A stretch of DNA of 62,577 nucleotides, counting the filler, from a bacterium (GTDB lineage: Bacteria; JALSQH01), in NCBI GenBank assembly GCA_026985515.1. It is 7 parts of 7 records of this genome, joined end to end, with 100 filler letters (N's around TTAATTAATTAA, not from the genome) between each part and the next. Parts side by side here need not be neighbours in the genome. Positions count along the whole stretch, not along the records: positions 42,559 to 45,840 come from JALSQH010000116.1; positions 45,941 to 50,033 come from JALSQH010000117.1; positions 50,134 to 62,577 come from JALSQH010000119.1; 4 more parts are not named here. The stretch is one strand, 5' to 3'. Every line of letters begins with the position of its first letter. Position 1 is the stretch's first letter. The notes beneath the pieces are model-generated. The model saw nothing but the letters and a program-made list of their open reading frames with translations. It searched no databases and was not told the DNA's origin. Positions 43,014 to 53,706 of this stretch are shown here, in pieces. The position numbers and the translations under genes are program-made.

Positions 43014-44580
43014 ATTGATTTTTCTTATCATGATTGATGGAACAAATTATGAGGTATTCAATACACTCCTCAGGGAAGGAAGATTACCAAATTTTTCTAC
43101 CCTTCTGAAAGAGAAGGATGGTTGCTTTAAAAAAAGTCTTTCAACCTTTCCGAGCACCACTGCACCTGCAATTCCAGAGATACTCATGGGACAGTACTCC
43201 TTCCGATTTTCAGGTCTTCCCAAAGCGATTCATGCATTTGACAGGGAGTCACTGGAAATTAAAAGATATGAATTTCTTCTTGATGAATGGGGAAAGAGAA
43301 ATCTACGCCTTCTGCACATGTTTAAAGAAAAGGGATGGACTATTCTTTCTTTTTTCAAAGCCCATATTCGTGATTCCCACTATACCTACTACAACGAAAT
43401 TCTCTATCAGCTTGAGTTTATTTCAGATTTTACAGGACTTCGCTGGATTAACTACGACGAGGTCCAGATGGTCAAACTTCAGGATTTTCTCACGAGGAAT
43501 CCCGAACCGGATAAATTGATTTTCATAGTTCTCAACTCTGCAGACCTCAATGGGCATCTTTTTGGACCATTTTCAGACGAATATGTGGAAAGCCTTATAA
43601 AGATTGATGAATTAATAGGAAACCTTGTGGCTTTTCTGAAAAAGGAAAAATACAATGGAAAACCTCTATTTGACCTCAGCAGTTTCGTTATTTTCGGTGA
43701 TCACGGAATAAGTCCCAGTGGTAATCATATTCCCATGGAAAGAATTTTGAGAGGTTACGGACTTTCAACCTTCGATGCGGGGAATCCTCTTGCCCTCATA
43801 ACTGAAAATCTGATGGGAATACTTGAAAAAGATGTGGATCTCCTTCTTTTTCCAGCAGGGTCAAACATTGCAGACCTTTATGTGAGAAACATAGTAAATG
43901 GTGAACCACAGCCGTGGAACTCACTTGCTCCCGGTGAACTACTGAGAAACTATCCTAACAGATCAAAACCCCTGTTCATGTACGACCTGAAAAATCTGAT
44001 CACATCAATAGGAGCAATAGACTTCATTCTCATGAAAAAGGATAAAGATATTGTGGAAGTGTACGGTTACGGCGACACAAGAGGGATCATCTACAGAAAA
44101 TGGGAAGGAAAAAAACCTCTTTTTCTTTACCAGGTACCATACGGAAAGGATCCCCTGGGTTACATTGATGACAAAATGATCAGAGAGCACATCTGGATCG
44201 GAACAGAAGTAAATGAAACCAATTTCAGGGAACCCGTTTTTGCTCACTTTTTTCACGATGAGCAGACCTGGATAAACCTCACATGGGAGCATTCTCACCC
44301 CGGTGGTCCCCCTCTCCTCTCCAAAGCTTTTGATAGAGATGTAACCACAAGCGACATTGTTTTAACTGCAAAGGAACACTTCTCATTCATGAGAATGGTG
44401 AAAGGGGATCATGGAGCAATGATACCCTCCTCAATGTTTACCATCCTTTTTATACTTGGGAATGGAATATCCTGCCGGGACAATGTTCATCCCAGGATTC
44501 TGGACATTTTCAATGCCGTGGCACGTCTCGGAAAAATTGAATTCTCACCAGAGGAAACTGACGGAGTTGATATTATCTGA
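43000..44580 (+). CDS. Alkaline phosphatase superfamily (nucleotide pyrophosphatase/phosphodiesterase-like) protein
   Basis: IDG, STFPSTT (Thr nucleophile), DLNGH-FGP, GDHG, C-terminal GDHG. Confidence 0.82.
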   Translation: MKEGKLIFLIMIDGTNYEVFNTLLREGRLPNFSTLLKEKDGCFKKSLSTFPSTTAPAIPEILMGQYSFRFSGLPKAIHAFDRESLEIKRYEFLLDEWGKRNLRLLHMFKEKGWTILSFFKAHIRDSHYTYYNEILYQLEFISDFTGLRWINYDEVQMVKLQDFLTRNPEPDKLIFIVLNSADLNGHLFGPFSDEYVESLIKIDELIGNLVAFLKKEKYNGKPLFDLSSFVIFGDHGISPSGNHIPMERILRGYGLSTFDAGNPLALITENLMGILEKDVDLLLFPAGSNIADLYVRNIVNGEPQPWNSLAPGELLRNYPNRSKPLFMYDLKNLITSIGAIDFILMKKDKDIVEVYGYGDTRGIIYRKWEGKKPLFLYQVPYGKDPLGYIDDKMIREHIWIGTEVNETNFREPVFAHFFHDEQTWINLTWEHSHPGGPPLLSKAFDRDVTTSDIVLTAKEHFSFMRMVKGDHGAMIPSSMFTILFILGNGISCRDNVHPRILDIFNAVARLGKIEFSPEETDGVDII

Positions 44581-45840
44581 TCTCCTTTCCAGACTTTTTT
44601 ATGATTCTCACCTTCTCTGGATGATAACCTTTCATCTTCAAAATCTTGTAGATGAGTTCATCATCTTCGACAATTTCACCCTCCTTCAATTCCCTTCCAG
44701 AAATGTTTATTAAATACTCTGAAAGAATCTTTCCCTCATCCGGAGGAAATGAAACTTCAAGATTTTCCTCAAGCTTATGAAGAGTTATCCTTCCATCAAC
44801 CTCATAAATGTTCTCACTGATTAACTTTATTTCCTCAATTCCAAATGCATCATACTCATCGTAAATTTCTCCAACAATTTCCTCCAGAATCTCTTCAAGA
44901 GTAACAATTCCCAGAAAATCACCATACTCATTCACCACAATGGCCATCTCTCCCCTTGATTTCGTGAGGATGAGAAACAATTCCCATAAATTTTTTTCGG
45001 GATGGACAAAAACAGGTTTTCTCATAATCATATCCACATTAAACTCCTTACCACCCGACCTGCAAAACCTGAGAAGATCCTTCACATGAACAACCCCCTT
45101 AACAAGGCCTGATTCAGGATCAACCACAGGGAATCTTGAAAAATGGGAATCCACAGCCGTAGAGAGAAGCTTCTCAAAAGAATTCCCCTCTTCTACCACC
45201 ACCACTTTATCTCTCGGCTTCATCACATGTTCCACGGCAAGAGTTTTCAACGATAGTAGCCCCCTCACCATCTTCTCTTCCACATCACTCAGTATCCCCT
45301 GTTCCTCCCACAATTTGAGAAGATGTTTAATATGACCCCTCTGAAGTCCTGATTCCTTTTTTTCAATCTTTATTCCCAGAATTTTGATAATTCCATGACT
45401 TATGGAATCCACGAAATATGATATGGGAGCAAAAAGTTTTATAAAGAAATCAATCGGATATACAAAAAGTTCTGTAATCTTTTCAGGTTTGTATGAAGCT
45501 ATAGTCTTTGGTGTGACCTCAGAAAAGATGAGAAGGAAAAGGGTGATAAATATTGTGGCAATCACGACACCCTGTTCTTCACCAAACCACTTAATTGCCA
45601 GAGCGGTGCCAATAGAGGAAACGGCAACATTTACCAGATTATTCCCCACAAGAATCGCACTCAGAAAGGTCCCGGGCTCCGATGTTATCTGCTTAATTTT
45701 CCTTATCTTGCGGTTCTTCCCCTTTTTGTCTGCAAGTACTTTTATCTCAATCCACAATTTGTCTATTGCCATAAAAGCAGTTTCTGATGCTGAAAAGAAG
45801 GCAGAAAACAGAAAAAAAATGACAAGGAGAATTAATTCAA
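44573..45840 (-). CDS. HlyC/CorC (CNNM/DUF21-CBS) family transporter, 5' partial
   Basis: SAFFSASETAF upstream of ORF-track start, ILVGNNLVN, EVTPK, SRFPV, LEEILEEIVGEIYDE. Confidence 0.92.
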
Positions 45841-45940
45841 NNNNNNNNNNNNNNNNNNNNNNNNNNNNNNNNNNNNNNNNNNNNTTAATTAATTAANNNN
45901 NNNNNNNNNNNNNNNNNNNNNNNNNNNNNNNNNNNNNNNN
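45841..45940. other. Artificial contig linker
   Basis: N44-TTAATTAATTAA-N44. Confidence 0.99.
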
Positions 45941-46582
45941 AGCATTGTCTGCAATAATCTTATGTGGAATACTCTCCTTTGAGAGTTCCCATGCTGTGAG
46001 TCTTGCTCCCTGTAATCGTGGTCTTGTTTCATCGACCCATACAAAGATTTCCCTGCCTGAATAATGGGCAGTTCTTATGACTCCAAGAGCAGTTCCCCAT
46101 CCTGTTGTGGCGAGGGCACCTGTGTTGCAATGGGTCAGAACGGTAGCTTTTTCTGGCAATAAGGAAGCACCTATTTCGCTCATTTTAAATTCTCTTTCCC
46201 TCTCTGTATTGAAAATCTCCTTTGCTTTTTCTGTCAGTTTTTCAATCAATTTTTCTCGGGAAAGGAGGTTGTTTTTACTCCATGTTTCTCTCATTATTTT
46301 CAGAGTGTTTTTCAGATTCACTGCTGTGGGTCTTGTATTTAAAAGAATGGAAAAAACTTCCTCTTCAGAAATCCCTTCCTTTATGCCCATCACGTAGCCA
46401 AATGCTGCTGTAACCCCAATAGCAGGAGCTCCCCTAACAATCATGTCTTTTATGGCCACAGGAACATCCCGAAAATTTGTAATTTCAATGTACTTCTCTT
46501 CTTCAGGAATTGTTCTCTGATCAAGAAGGATTATTTTTCCTTCCCTGAATTTTACCGGTTCAATCTTTATGTTGATTTTCAT
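45941..46582 (-). CDS. mtnA: S-methyl-5-thioribose-1-phosphate isomerase, 3' truncated
   Basis: LDQR, VRGAPAIG, RPTAVNL, LTHCNTGALAT-GTALG, ETRPRLQGARLT. Confidence 0.95.
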
Positions 46583-47583
46583 ACGAACCTGTCCATTCCG
46601 GTTTTGATTCTTGTATCCTTATCTATCTGATATTCGGGATCGAGCAATTCATTAATTTTTCTCAGCATCAGGTTGATGGCTCCCTCAAATTTTTCTCTGT
46701 ATTTTTTCTCAGCTTCCGGTGTAAATGGCACAAAATCTTCATCGATTTTAAACTCTTTCAATTCATCCTCTACTGTGAGGGGTTTTCCTATTCTGTAAAG
46801 GACTCTGCAGTTCTTTTCCGGAAAAGGAAGATCACCCGGATAGCATTTATCACTGCCGTTGCATCCTACCGGCACAACAGGTACCTTTGTGCTTAGAGCA
46901 ACCTCAGCCACGCCAATGTGTCCCTCTTTTAATCTCTTTGACCTCGTTCCTTCTGGAAAGACAAGAAGGTTGAGTTTCTTGTTGAAGAGGGCTTCTTCAT
47001 TCAATTCTCTTACCTTCTGCATCATCTTATAAAAAGTTTCATTTATGAAGGTTCTGTAATCACTCTTTGCGGGATCATAGTCACCATGAGGAGTGGATAT
47101 GAGTTTAATAAGTCGCTCCATCTTTTCCTCTTTAAATACATCCGCTTCAATTTTCCCATCAACATAATTTCTGAGAAGTCTGTATTCTCTGTCGCTCATT
47201 TTTTCTTTTTTCCCAAACATATACTGAAAGTCTTTTGCAAGCAGGTAGCCCCTGGATGGTACAGGAATGTTGTTGGTCATGTTCATAAAAAATGCCAGGA
47301 GAGGGTGTTCGTAGTATTTGCCCTTTACCCATGTGGTGATAAAGGGATATTTGTGCCTTGGCTTTCCAAAGTAGAGTTTGTACTGAAAGGGCCAGTAATT
47401 ATAACGGTCTGTGTGATTCATTATGAAGATAACGGGCTGATCAGGTATGTTTTCCCTTCCTTCAAAGATTATTTCAACTTTTCTCATAAGGTATAGAGGT
47501 TTGAGAAAAACATACCCGACGAAAAGCTGGCCATAGGGTTTTTCAGAAAGCTTTACCCTTTCAAGAAATTCCAGTGTTATCAT
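46579..47583 (-). CDS. Lysophospholipid/glycerol acyltransferase family protein
   Basis: MNHTDRYN (H-x4 block), FPEGTRS, PVVPVG. Confidence 0.85.
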   Translation of the reverse strand: MITLEFLERVKLSEKPYGQLFVGYVFLKPLYLMRKVEIIFEGRENIPDQPVIFIMNHTDRYNYWPFQYKLYFGKPRHKYPFITTWVKGKYYEHPLLAFFMNMTNNIPVPSRGYLLAKDFQYMFGKKEKMSDREYRLLRNYVDGKIEADVFKEEKMERLIKLISTPHGDYDPAKSDYRTFINETFYKMMQKVRELNEEALFNKKLNLLVFPEGTRSKRLKEGHIGVAEVALSTKVPVVPVGCNGSDKCYPGDLPFPEKNCRVLYRIGKPLTVEDELKEFKIDEDFVPFTPEAEKKYREKFEGAINLMLRKINELLDPEYQIDKDTRIKTGMDRFV

Positions 47584-47647
47584 TTCCTCTCTCCTTTTTT
47601 AAAGATTATCAGAGGAATGTAAATTGTGCAAACTTGCATGAAAATAC

Positions 47648-47676
47648 TTGCAGTATGTGTAAATGAGGTATATAAT
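47648..47676 (+). promoter_or_regulatory. Sigma70-type promoter for the small-peptide operon
   Basis: TTGCAG-17nt-TATAAT, followed by AGGAGG at 47688-47693. Confidence 0.6.
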
Positions 47677-47699
47677 TAGAGGTGGGAAGGAGGATGAAA

Positions 47700-47834
47700 A
47701 TGAAAAAGAAAAGGTATATCAAGCCGAAAATTATCAGCAGGGAAAAAATAGAGGCAAGGGCAAATGTGTGTCCTTCTACAAGTGGTGGAAAATCGTCTGG
47801 ATCTACACCCCCCTGCTCAGTGTTGACAAGTTAA
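47700..47834 (+). CDS. 44-aa RiPP-precursor-like peptide (not in ORF track)
   Basis: MKKKRYIKPKIISREKIEARANVCPSTSGGKSSGSTPPCSVLTS; AGGAGG 6 nt before ATG; YxxPxI leader motif; Cys/Ser/Thr/Gly-rich core; stop followed by RBS of next gene. Confidence 0.75.
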   Translation: MKKKRYIKPKIISREKIEARANVCPSTSGGKSSGSTPPCSVLTS

Positions 47835-47846
47835 AGGGAGGGGATT

Positions 47847-49151
47847 ATGAGGAAATTAATCATTTTCTTTTTTTTCATTCTTCCGGTATCAGGTTGGGGA
47901 TATATTGGGTCGGGTATTGTTATCAATGAGGTTCAGCCTGGTGGTGATGGTTCAGCAAGTTCCCCTGATTGGATAGAATTATACAACAATTCTGATCAGA
48001 CCATAAATATATGGGACTGGATCATTTCCAGTCAAAATAATAATACCTGGGATCAGGCTAATTATCGCGCACCAAACTGTTCAGATGCAACCCCTACATC
48101 CCCAGGTAACTATACTGACTGTGATTATCGAATTCCTTCTGACCCCAATCTTACAGATGAACTTGATGTTGCTCCTGGTTGTTATGTTGTTATTTATAAC
48201 ACAAATGGAACCGACGATTATTCGTGTGATGGTGATAATAAAATTGTTCTCTATATGAATCGAGAAGGAGATGACATTTGGAGCAGTGTTGCTGATGATG
48301 TGATTCTTGCAGCAAGATATGGTAAAGGAACTGCTGTCTATAATACTTATGGAACCACATTATACTTGGTAACTGATTATGTAGCATGGGACACAGGTTT
48401 TGGATCACCTGATCCTCATCCAACCAAGTGTGGTTCATATGCAAATGAATCATATCCAAATTTTAAGGTATACGCTTCTGATGATACAGACGTTGCGAAT
48501 CAGTGCAGTGATGCAACTTCAGTTTCAGATATTCCATACATGTTTGCTCAGGATGATTCGTCAAGAAGTATGTCACCTATAACACAATCTCTTGGTTCTA
48601 CATATTCCAGGGTTCCAAACGGTACTGACACTGACAGTTCTTCCGATTTCACTGTTGCTGATGATTCTCCAGGAACCACTGCAAATTTTCTGGAGTACTT
48701 CAGGGTGATCCCACAGAATCAAGAGACACTTCTGGTAACATGGAAAACCGGTTTTGAAAAGGATGTACGTGGCTTTAATATACTTGAGTCCACCTCTGCA
48801 TCCGGAAAGTTCACAAAGAGAAATGGAACTTTGATAAAATCTAAGGGAATACATTCCACCTATACAATTCTCTTGAGGGTAATTACTCCTGCTCCACAAC
48901 TTTTCTACAAACTTGAAGTTGTGAGAAGTAACGGGAAGAGCGAGTATTATGGACCAGTAGAAGTTTCTCTTTCGGGGAATCAGGTAGGAAATAATTCTGG
49001 AGCTGGAACATCACCTCTTGTGGAAAATTCATCTGGGCCTCATGAATCTTCCGGTTGTTCCCATGTGCCTGCAGGTAGTCTGATTGGGCTGATTCTGATT
49101 GCAGGATTGATACTTATTCCTTTCAAGAGGCTACTCAGAAAGAAGAGATGA
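47847..49151 (+). CDS. Exported lamin-tail-domain protein with Ig/FN3-like C-terminal module and Cys-CTERM anchor
   Basis: Signal peptide; IVINEV...DWIELYN (LTD); SRVPNGTDTD; VTWKT-E-GFNI; tail SSGCS-TM-KRLLRKKR. Confidence 0.78.
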   Translation: MRKLIIFFFFILPVSGWGYIGSGIVINEVQPGGDGSASSPDWIELYNNSDQTINIWDWIISSQNNNTWDQANYRAPNCSDATPTSPGNYTDCDYRIPSDPNLTDELDVAPGCYVVIYNTNGTDDYSCDGDNKIVLYMNREGDDIWSSVADDVILAARYGKGTAVYNTYGTTLYLVTDYVAWDTGFGSPDPHPTKCGSYANESYPNFKVYASDDTDVANQCSDATSVSDIPYMFAQDDSSRSMSPITQSLGSTYSRVPNGTDTDSSSDFTVADDSPGTTANFLEYFRVIPQNQETLLVTWKTGFEKDVRGFNILESTSASGKFTKRNGTLIKSKGIHSTYTILLRVITPAPQLFYKLEVVRSNGKSEYYGPVEVSLSGNQVGNNSGAGTSPLVENSSGPHESSGCSHVPAGSLIGLILIAGLILIPFKRLLRKKR

Positions 49152-50033
49152 ATTTCCTGGTTATTCTTCTACTTCTGATGCTCCCGTCCCATTCGTGGGG
49201 TGAAGTTTACTATTCATTTGAGATTACTTCTCCGGCTGTATATTCTCTTCCCGAAACTCTGAGCAGTAGCGCCGTTTATATGTGGGGGAGAAAGTTGCCT
49301 GTCTTTGGAGGAATTAAAAAATATTTTTACGCTCCCGTTATTCCTTACAGATACTCCCTGATTCAGAAAGGAGAATTAAAGGAGGAGTCGCAGAAGAATG
49401 CACAGCTTTTTTCGTATAATGGTGGCGGAGTGGAAAGTTCCTATTTCTGGAAGACGGTGGTTTTTGAAAAAAATTATTACTATGTTCCATACCCGGTAGA
49501 AGGTACATCGGGAGTTCACTGGTACTGGGGATATACTGGAGGAGGAATAGGGTTTCTTCCTCCCGATGGAGATTTAAAGTTTTCCCTCCCTGATCTTTAC
49601 TGTAATGAATTTACCTTACCAGTTACTTTTTTTATTTATGGCTTTCCCTACTCAGTTTATTCTACGTTTAAAGTTAAGGTAGAAATAAACCATAAACTCT
49701 TTTTTTCCTCCCCGGTAACTGATTACAAATATAATGCTTATAGCTTCACTGTCACATGTGGTGAAATTGGAAAAAGCAATACTCTGTCCTTCAGAGGAGC
49801 CTCAGATGGAAGAAGCGGTATCTGGATAGATAAAGTCTCAATAAGATATCCATCGAAGTTTATCCTGGAAAATGGAAAGCTTTTCTTACATGTAACCAGA
49901 AACTCATGTTTCAGCATCAGGAACGCGGCTCCTCCCTACATTCTGCTTAAAATTGACGACCCTTTTAATCCACTGCAGGTGAATTATGGAAGTATTACTT
50001 CTCTTTCATCGGGTATAAGGGTGTGTTTACCTC
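49148..50033 (+). CDS. Exported protein resembling the N-terminal region of C25 (gingipain/PorU-like) peptidases, 3' truncated
   Basis: Signal peptide; FEKNYYY...HWYW, VEINH, NTLSF...IWIDKVSIRYP pattern; catalytic domain not visible; ATGA overlap with upstream gene. Confidence 0.45.
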
Positions 50034-50133
50034 NNNNNNNNNNNNNNNNNNNNNNNNNNNNNNNNNNNNNNNNNNNNTTAATTAATTAANNNNNNNNNNN
50101 NNNNNNNNNNNNNNNNNNNNNNNNNNNNNNNNN
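50034..50133. other. Artificial contig linker
   Basis: N44-TTAATTAATTAA-N44. Confidence 0.99.
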
Positions 50134-50730
50134 AATCCAGAATTTCTGAAAAACAGCAGTTCTTTTGCTGACAGAAGAATTTACAAATACATTAAAGAAG
50201 GAAAGACTTTGAAGGAAATAGCCTATGAAATGAGGCACATGCCTTTTCAAACTTATAAAAGATTATTTGAGCTTTATGAGTCTGGTATCATAAAAATAAA
50301 AGAGAAAAAACGAAAGGAACCTGAAAAGAGAATCATATATCTTTCAGATCTGTACAAAATTGGTAGAGAGTATGAGGAGCGAGGCAAATTTGAAAAAGCT
50401 CTGGCTGTGTACTGGAAAATGTATAAAATGAAGGGTGTGAAAATGGAAGATGTGGAATGGATCGAGAAGGCGGTCCAGAGAGCCAGGAAAATTCTTCTTG
50501 AACATTATGTTCCTCTTCATGGTGTCCCCTATCTTAAAATGAGCCTTCAGGAGATAATGAAGTACAAATTTACCCCTGAAGAGGGTTACATGATATCGAG
50601 AATTGATGGTGTGTGGGATACCGATTCTATAATTAAGGTGAGTCCATTAAAGGAGCTTGATGCCCTCTACTTTTTTAAGAAACTGAAGGATAGAGGAATA
50701 GTGGATTTCAAATCAGGAGGTAGTAGATGA
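50134..50730 (+). CDS. Hypothetical protein (TPR-like plus winged-helix-like C-terminus, DUF4388-associated type), 5' partial
   Basis: [14 protein letters not shown]...SPLKELDAL...L-x-x-RGIV pattern. Confidence 0.5.
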   Translation, partial: NPEFLKNSSSFADRRIYKYIKEGKTLKEIAYEMRHMPFQTYKRLFELYESGIIKIKEKKRKEPEKRIIYLSDLYKIGREYEERGKFEKALAVYWKMYKMKGVKMEDVEWIEKAVQRARKILLEHYVPLHGVPYLKMSLQEIMKYKFTPEEGYMISRIDGVWDTDSIIKVSPLKELDALYFFKKLKDRGIVDFKSGGSR

Positions 50731-53213
50731 GAAGGTACAATCCGGCCGAGATTGAACCGAAATGGCAGAAAAAATGGGAGGAAAAGAAGCTTTTCAAAGC
50801 AGAGATGGACAGATCAAAGAAGAAGTATTATGTACTTGAAATGTTTCCATATCCCAGTGGAAGACTCCATATGGGACATGTGAGAAACTATTCCATTGGA
50901 GACGTGATTGCGAGATTTAAATGGATGCAGGGTTACAATGTTCTTCATCCAATGGGGTGGGACGCTTTTGGTCTTCCAGCTGAAAATGCTGCCATAAAGC
51001 ACAATACCCACCCTGCAAAGTGGACATACAGTAACATTGATTATATGAGAAAGCAGTTGAAAAGGCTTGGTTTTTCCTATGATTGGGATAGAGAAGTTAC
51101 CACCTGTGAACCGGAATATTACAGGTGGGAACAGAAGGTATTTACTGAAATGCTGAATAAGGGTCTGGCCTACAGGAAAACGAGTCTCGTCAACTGGTGT
51201 CCCACATGTAAAACTGTTCTTGCCAATGAACAGGTTATAGATGGAAAATGCTGGAGGTGCAAAACTCCTGTAGAATTGAAGGAGCTGGAGCAATGGTTTT
51301 TTAAAATAACTGATTACGCTGAAGAGCTTCTTGAGGGTACAAAAGAACTTGAGAAAGGCTGGCCCCAGGAAGTTCTCACAATGCAGAGAAACTGGATTGG
51401 AAAATCTGTTGGTGCCGAGGTGGATTTTCCCCTGGAAGATGGATCTGGAAGTATAAAAATTTTCACAACAAGACCAGATACTCTTTTTGGTGTGACCTTT
51501 ATGTCTCTTGCTCCTGAACATCCCCTTGCCCTTGAGCTCACCAGAGGTACAGAGTATGAAAGGGAGGTTAGGGAATTTATAAACAGGGTCAGAAGGGAAA
51601 ACATAAAGAAAAAGTCTGAAGATGAGTATGAGAAAGAGGGTGTTTTTACAGGGAAATATGCCATAAATCCACTTAACGGTAGAAAAGTTCCCATTTATGT
51701 TGCGAATTTTGTCCTGATGGAATATGGAACCGGTGCGATAATGGCTGTTCCAGCCCATGATCAGAGAGATTTTGAATTTGCCAGGAAGTACAATATTCCC
51801 ATTATTGTGGTTATTCAGCCAGAGGGGGAAGAACTTGTCCCGGAAAAAATGACAGAGGCATATGAAGGTCCCGGTTATCTGGTGAATTCAGGTCAGTTTA
51901 CAGGCATGCATAATGAGGAGGCCAAAGAGGCAATCGTAAGATACCTCGAGGAGAAGGGTATTGGTAAGAAAGCTGTAAGTTACAGGCTGAGAGATTGGGG
52001 CATAAGCAGGCAGAGGTACTGGGGTGCTCCGATACCTGTGGTTTACTGTGAGAAGTGTGGTATAGTACCTGTTCCTGAAGAGGAACTGCCTGTAACGCTT
52101 CCAGAGGATGTGGATTTTACTCCTGAAGGAGGTTCCCCCCTTGCCAAGAAGAAGGAATTTGTTGAAACAAGATGCCCGAAATGTGGAGGTCCTGCCAGGC
52201 GAGAAACTGACACTATGGATACATTCGTGGAATCTTCCTGGTATTTTCTGAGATACACCAGCCCTCACTACGACAGAGGCCCCTTTGACAGGGAAGAAGC
52301 AGAGTACTGGATGCCAGTGGATCAGTATATTGGTGGAATCGAGCATGCAGTCATGCATCTTCTCTACGCGCGCTTCTATACCAGAGTCCTGAGAGATCTG
52401 GGATACATTGATCTTGATGAACCATTCACAAGGTTGCTCACGCAGGGTATGGTGCTGAAAGATGGGGCAAAAATGGATAAGTCCAGGGGAAATATTGTGG
52501 AACCCAACGAGATAATTGAAAAGTATGGTGCAGACACCGCAAGATTGTTTATCATGTTTGCCGCGCCACCAGAAAAATCTCTGGAGTGGAGTGATACGGG
52601 AGTTGAGGGAGCGTATCGTTTCCTTAACAGGGTATGGAAGCTGATTATGGAAAATATTGATCTTGCAAATCTGCCCTTTACGAAACCTGATGTGTCAGAA
52701 CTAAGCAGAGAAGAGAAGGAAAGTTACAGATTCCTCAATAGAACGATTAAAAAGGTTACAGAGGATCTTGAAGGAAAGAGATTCAACACTGCCATTGCCG
52801 CGATAATGGAGTTCGTCAATTACCTCTCACAGAGATTGGGAGAAAAGGCCAATCTATCTGAAAAAGAGAAGGAGATTCTGGGTGAATCTCTCAGGGATCT
52901 TGTGCTGATGCTTAGCCCTTTTGCTCCCCACATATCTGATGAATTATGGAGCGAGATAAAGGGAAAGGAGTCTTTCACCCTAAAGGAAAGGTGGCCTGAG
53001 TATGATCCAGAGGGACTTGCAGTGGATGAGGAGCTTATAGTTATTCAGGTAAATGGAAAGCTCAGGGGAAGAATTACGGTTCCTGTGGATGTATCAGAAG
53101 ATGAGGTTAAAAGACTTGCCATGGAAAATGAAAATGTTAAGAAGTACATAGAGGGAAAGGAAATAAAGAGAATAATCTTTGTCCCGCATAAGCTGGTAAA
53201 CATTGTTGTGTAA
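50727..53213 (+). CDS. leuS: Leucine--tRNA ligase
   Basis: [59 protein letters not shown]. Confidence 0.98.
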   Translation: MRRYNPAEIEPKWQKKWEEKKLFKAEMDRSKKKYYVLEMFPYPSGRLHMGHVRNYSIGDVIARFKWMQGYNVLHPMGWDAFGLPAENAAIKHNTHPAKWTYSNIDYMRKQLKRLGFSYDWDREVTTCEPEYYRWEQKVFTEMLNKGLAYRKTSLVNWCPTCKTVLANEQVIDGKCWRCKTPVELKELEQWFFKITDYAEELLEGTKELEKGWPQEVLTMQRNWIGKSVGAEVDFPLEDGSGSIKIFTTRPDTLFGVTFMSLAPEHPLALELTRGTEYEREVREFINRVRRENIKKKSEDEYEKEGVFTGKYAINPLNGRKVPIYVANFVLMEYGTGAIMAVPAHDQRDFEFARKYNIPIIVVIQPEGEELVPEKMTEAYEGPGYLVNSGQFTGMHNEEAKEAIVRYLEEKGIGKKAVSYRLRDWGISRQRYWGAPIPVVYCEKCGIVPVPEEELPVTLPEDVDFTPEGGSPLAKKKEFVETRCPKCGGPARRETDTMDTFVESSWYFLRYTSPHYDRGPFDREEAEYWMPVDQYIGGIEHAVMHLLYARFYTRVLRDLGYIDLDEPFTRLLTQGMVLKDGAKMDKSRGNIVEPNEIIEKYGADTARLFIMFAAPPEKSLEWSDTGVEGAYRFLNRVWKLIMENIDLANLPFTKPDVSELSREEKESYRFLNRTIKKVTEDLEGKRFNTAIAAIMEFVNYLSQRLGEKANLSEKEKEILGESLRDLVLMLSPFAPHISDELWSEIKGKESFTLKERWPEYDPEGLAVDEELIVIQVNGKLRGRITVPVDVSEDEVKRLAMENENVKKYIEGKEIKRIIFVPHKLVNIVV

Positions 53214-53706
53214 GGTGAAGAAAGAATCAGGAATTTTAATAGCCTTAACTGTTTTTTTAATTTCAGGCTGCTCATACCATTTAATTAAACTGACACGGAA
53301 ACGCATTTATTTGAAAGAAGTAAGAAGTGAAGTTAGTTTCCTGACAGGTATTGAACCTGAAATTGCCTCTGCTCTTTTGAGGAATCTGGGGAGGAGAGGA
53401 ATATCATTCACCACTGATTGTCCGGAGGTAACTGTTGATCTTCTCTCAGTTAACCCTGGTGACTACTACTATACACCTTCAGGTTACATTGCCAGAATTA
53501 CGGGAGTGGTAAAATACAGAGTAAAAATTACACCATGCCATGGCAAAAGCTTCTCAAGGGTAGTTGGTATACCGTTAACCTATACTTATTATTCCCATCC
53601 CTACGGGACTGAGGCTTCCATGAGGAGTTCAATTGTCAATGGAATTGATAAACTGAGTGAAAAAATAGTGGAGTTACTGAATGGGGATAGTTTCACTGAT
53701 AGGTAA
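53203..53706 (+). CDS. lptE: LPS assembly lipoprotein LptE-like
   Basis: ISGCSYHL lipobox; conserved leuS-lptE-holA order. Confidence 0.7.
   Translation: MLCKVKKESGILIALTVFLISGCSYHLIKLTRKRIYLKEVRSEVSFLTGIEPEIASALLRNLGRRGISFTTDCPEVTVDLLSVNPGDYYYTPSGYIARITGVVKYRVKITPCHGKSFSRVVGIPLTYTYYSHPYGTEASMRSSIVNGIDKLSEKIVELLNGDSFTDR

Noticed and set aside
47663-47929. 88-aa ORF in the track
   Set aside because: Starts inside the promoter, overlaps the next gene out of frame; the 44-aa ORF at 47700 has the RBS and clean coupling
50814-51758. Long antisense ORFs (314 aa here; also 39570-40400, 32732-33328 and others)
   Set aside because: Shadows of well-conserved genes (leuS, serA, ptsI) with no motifs or RBS
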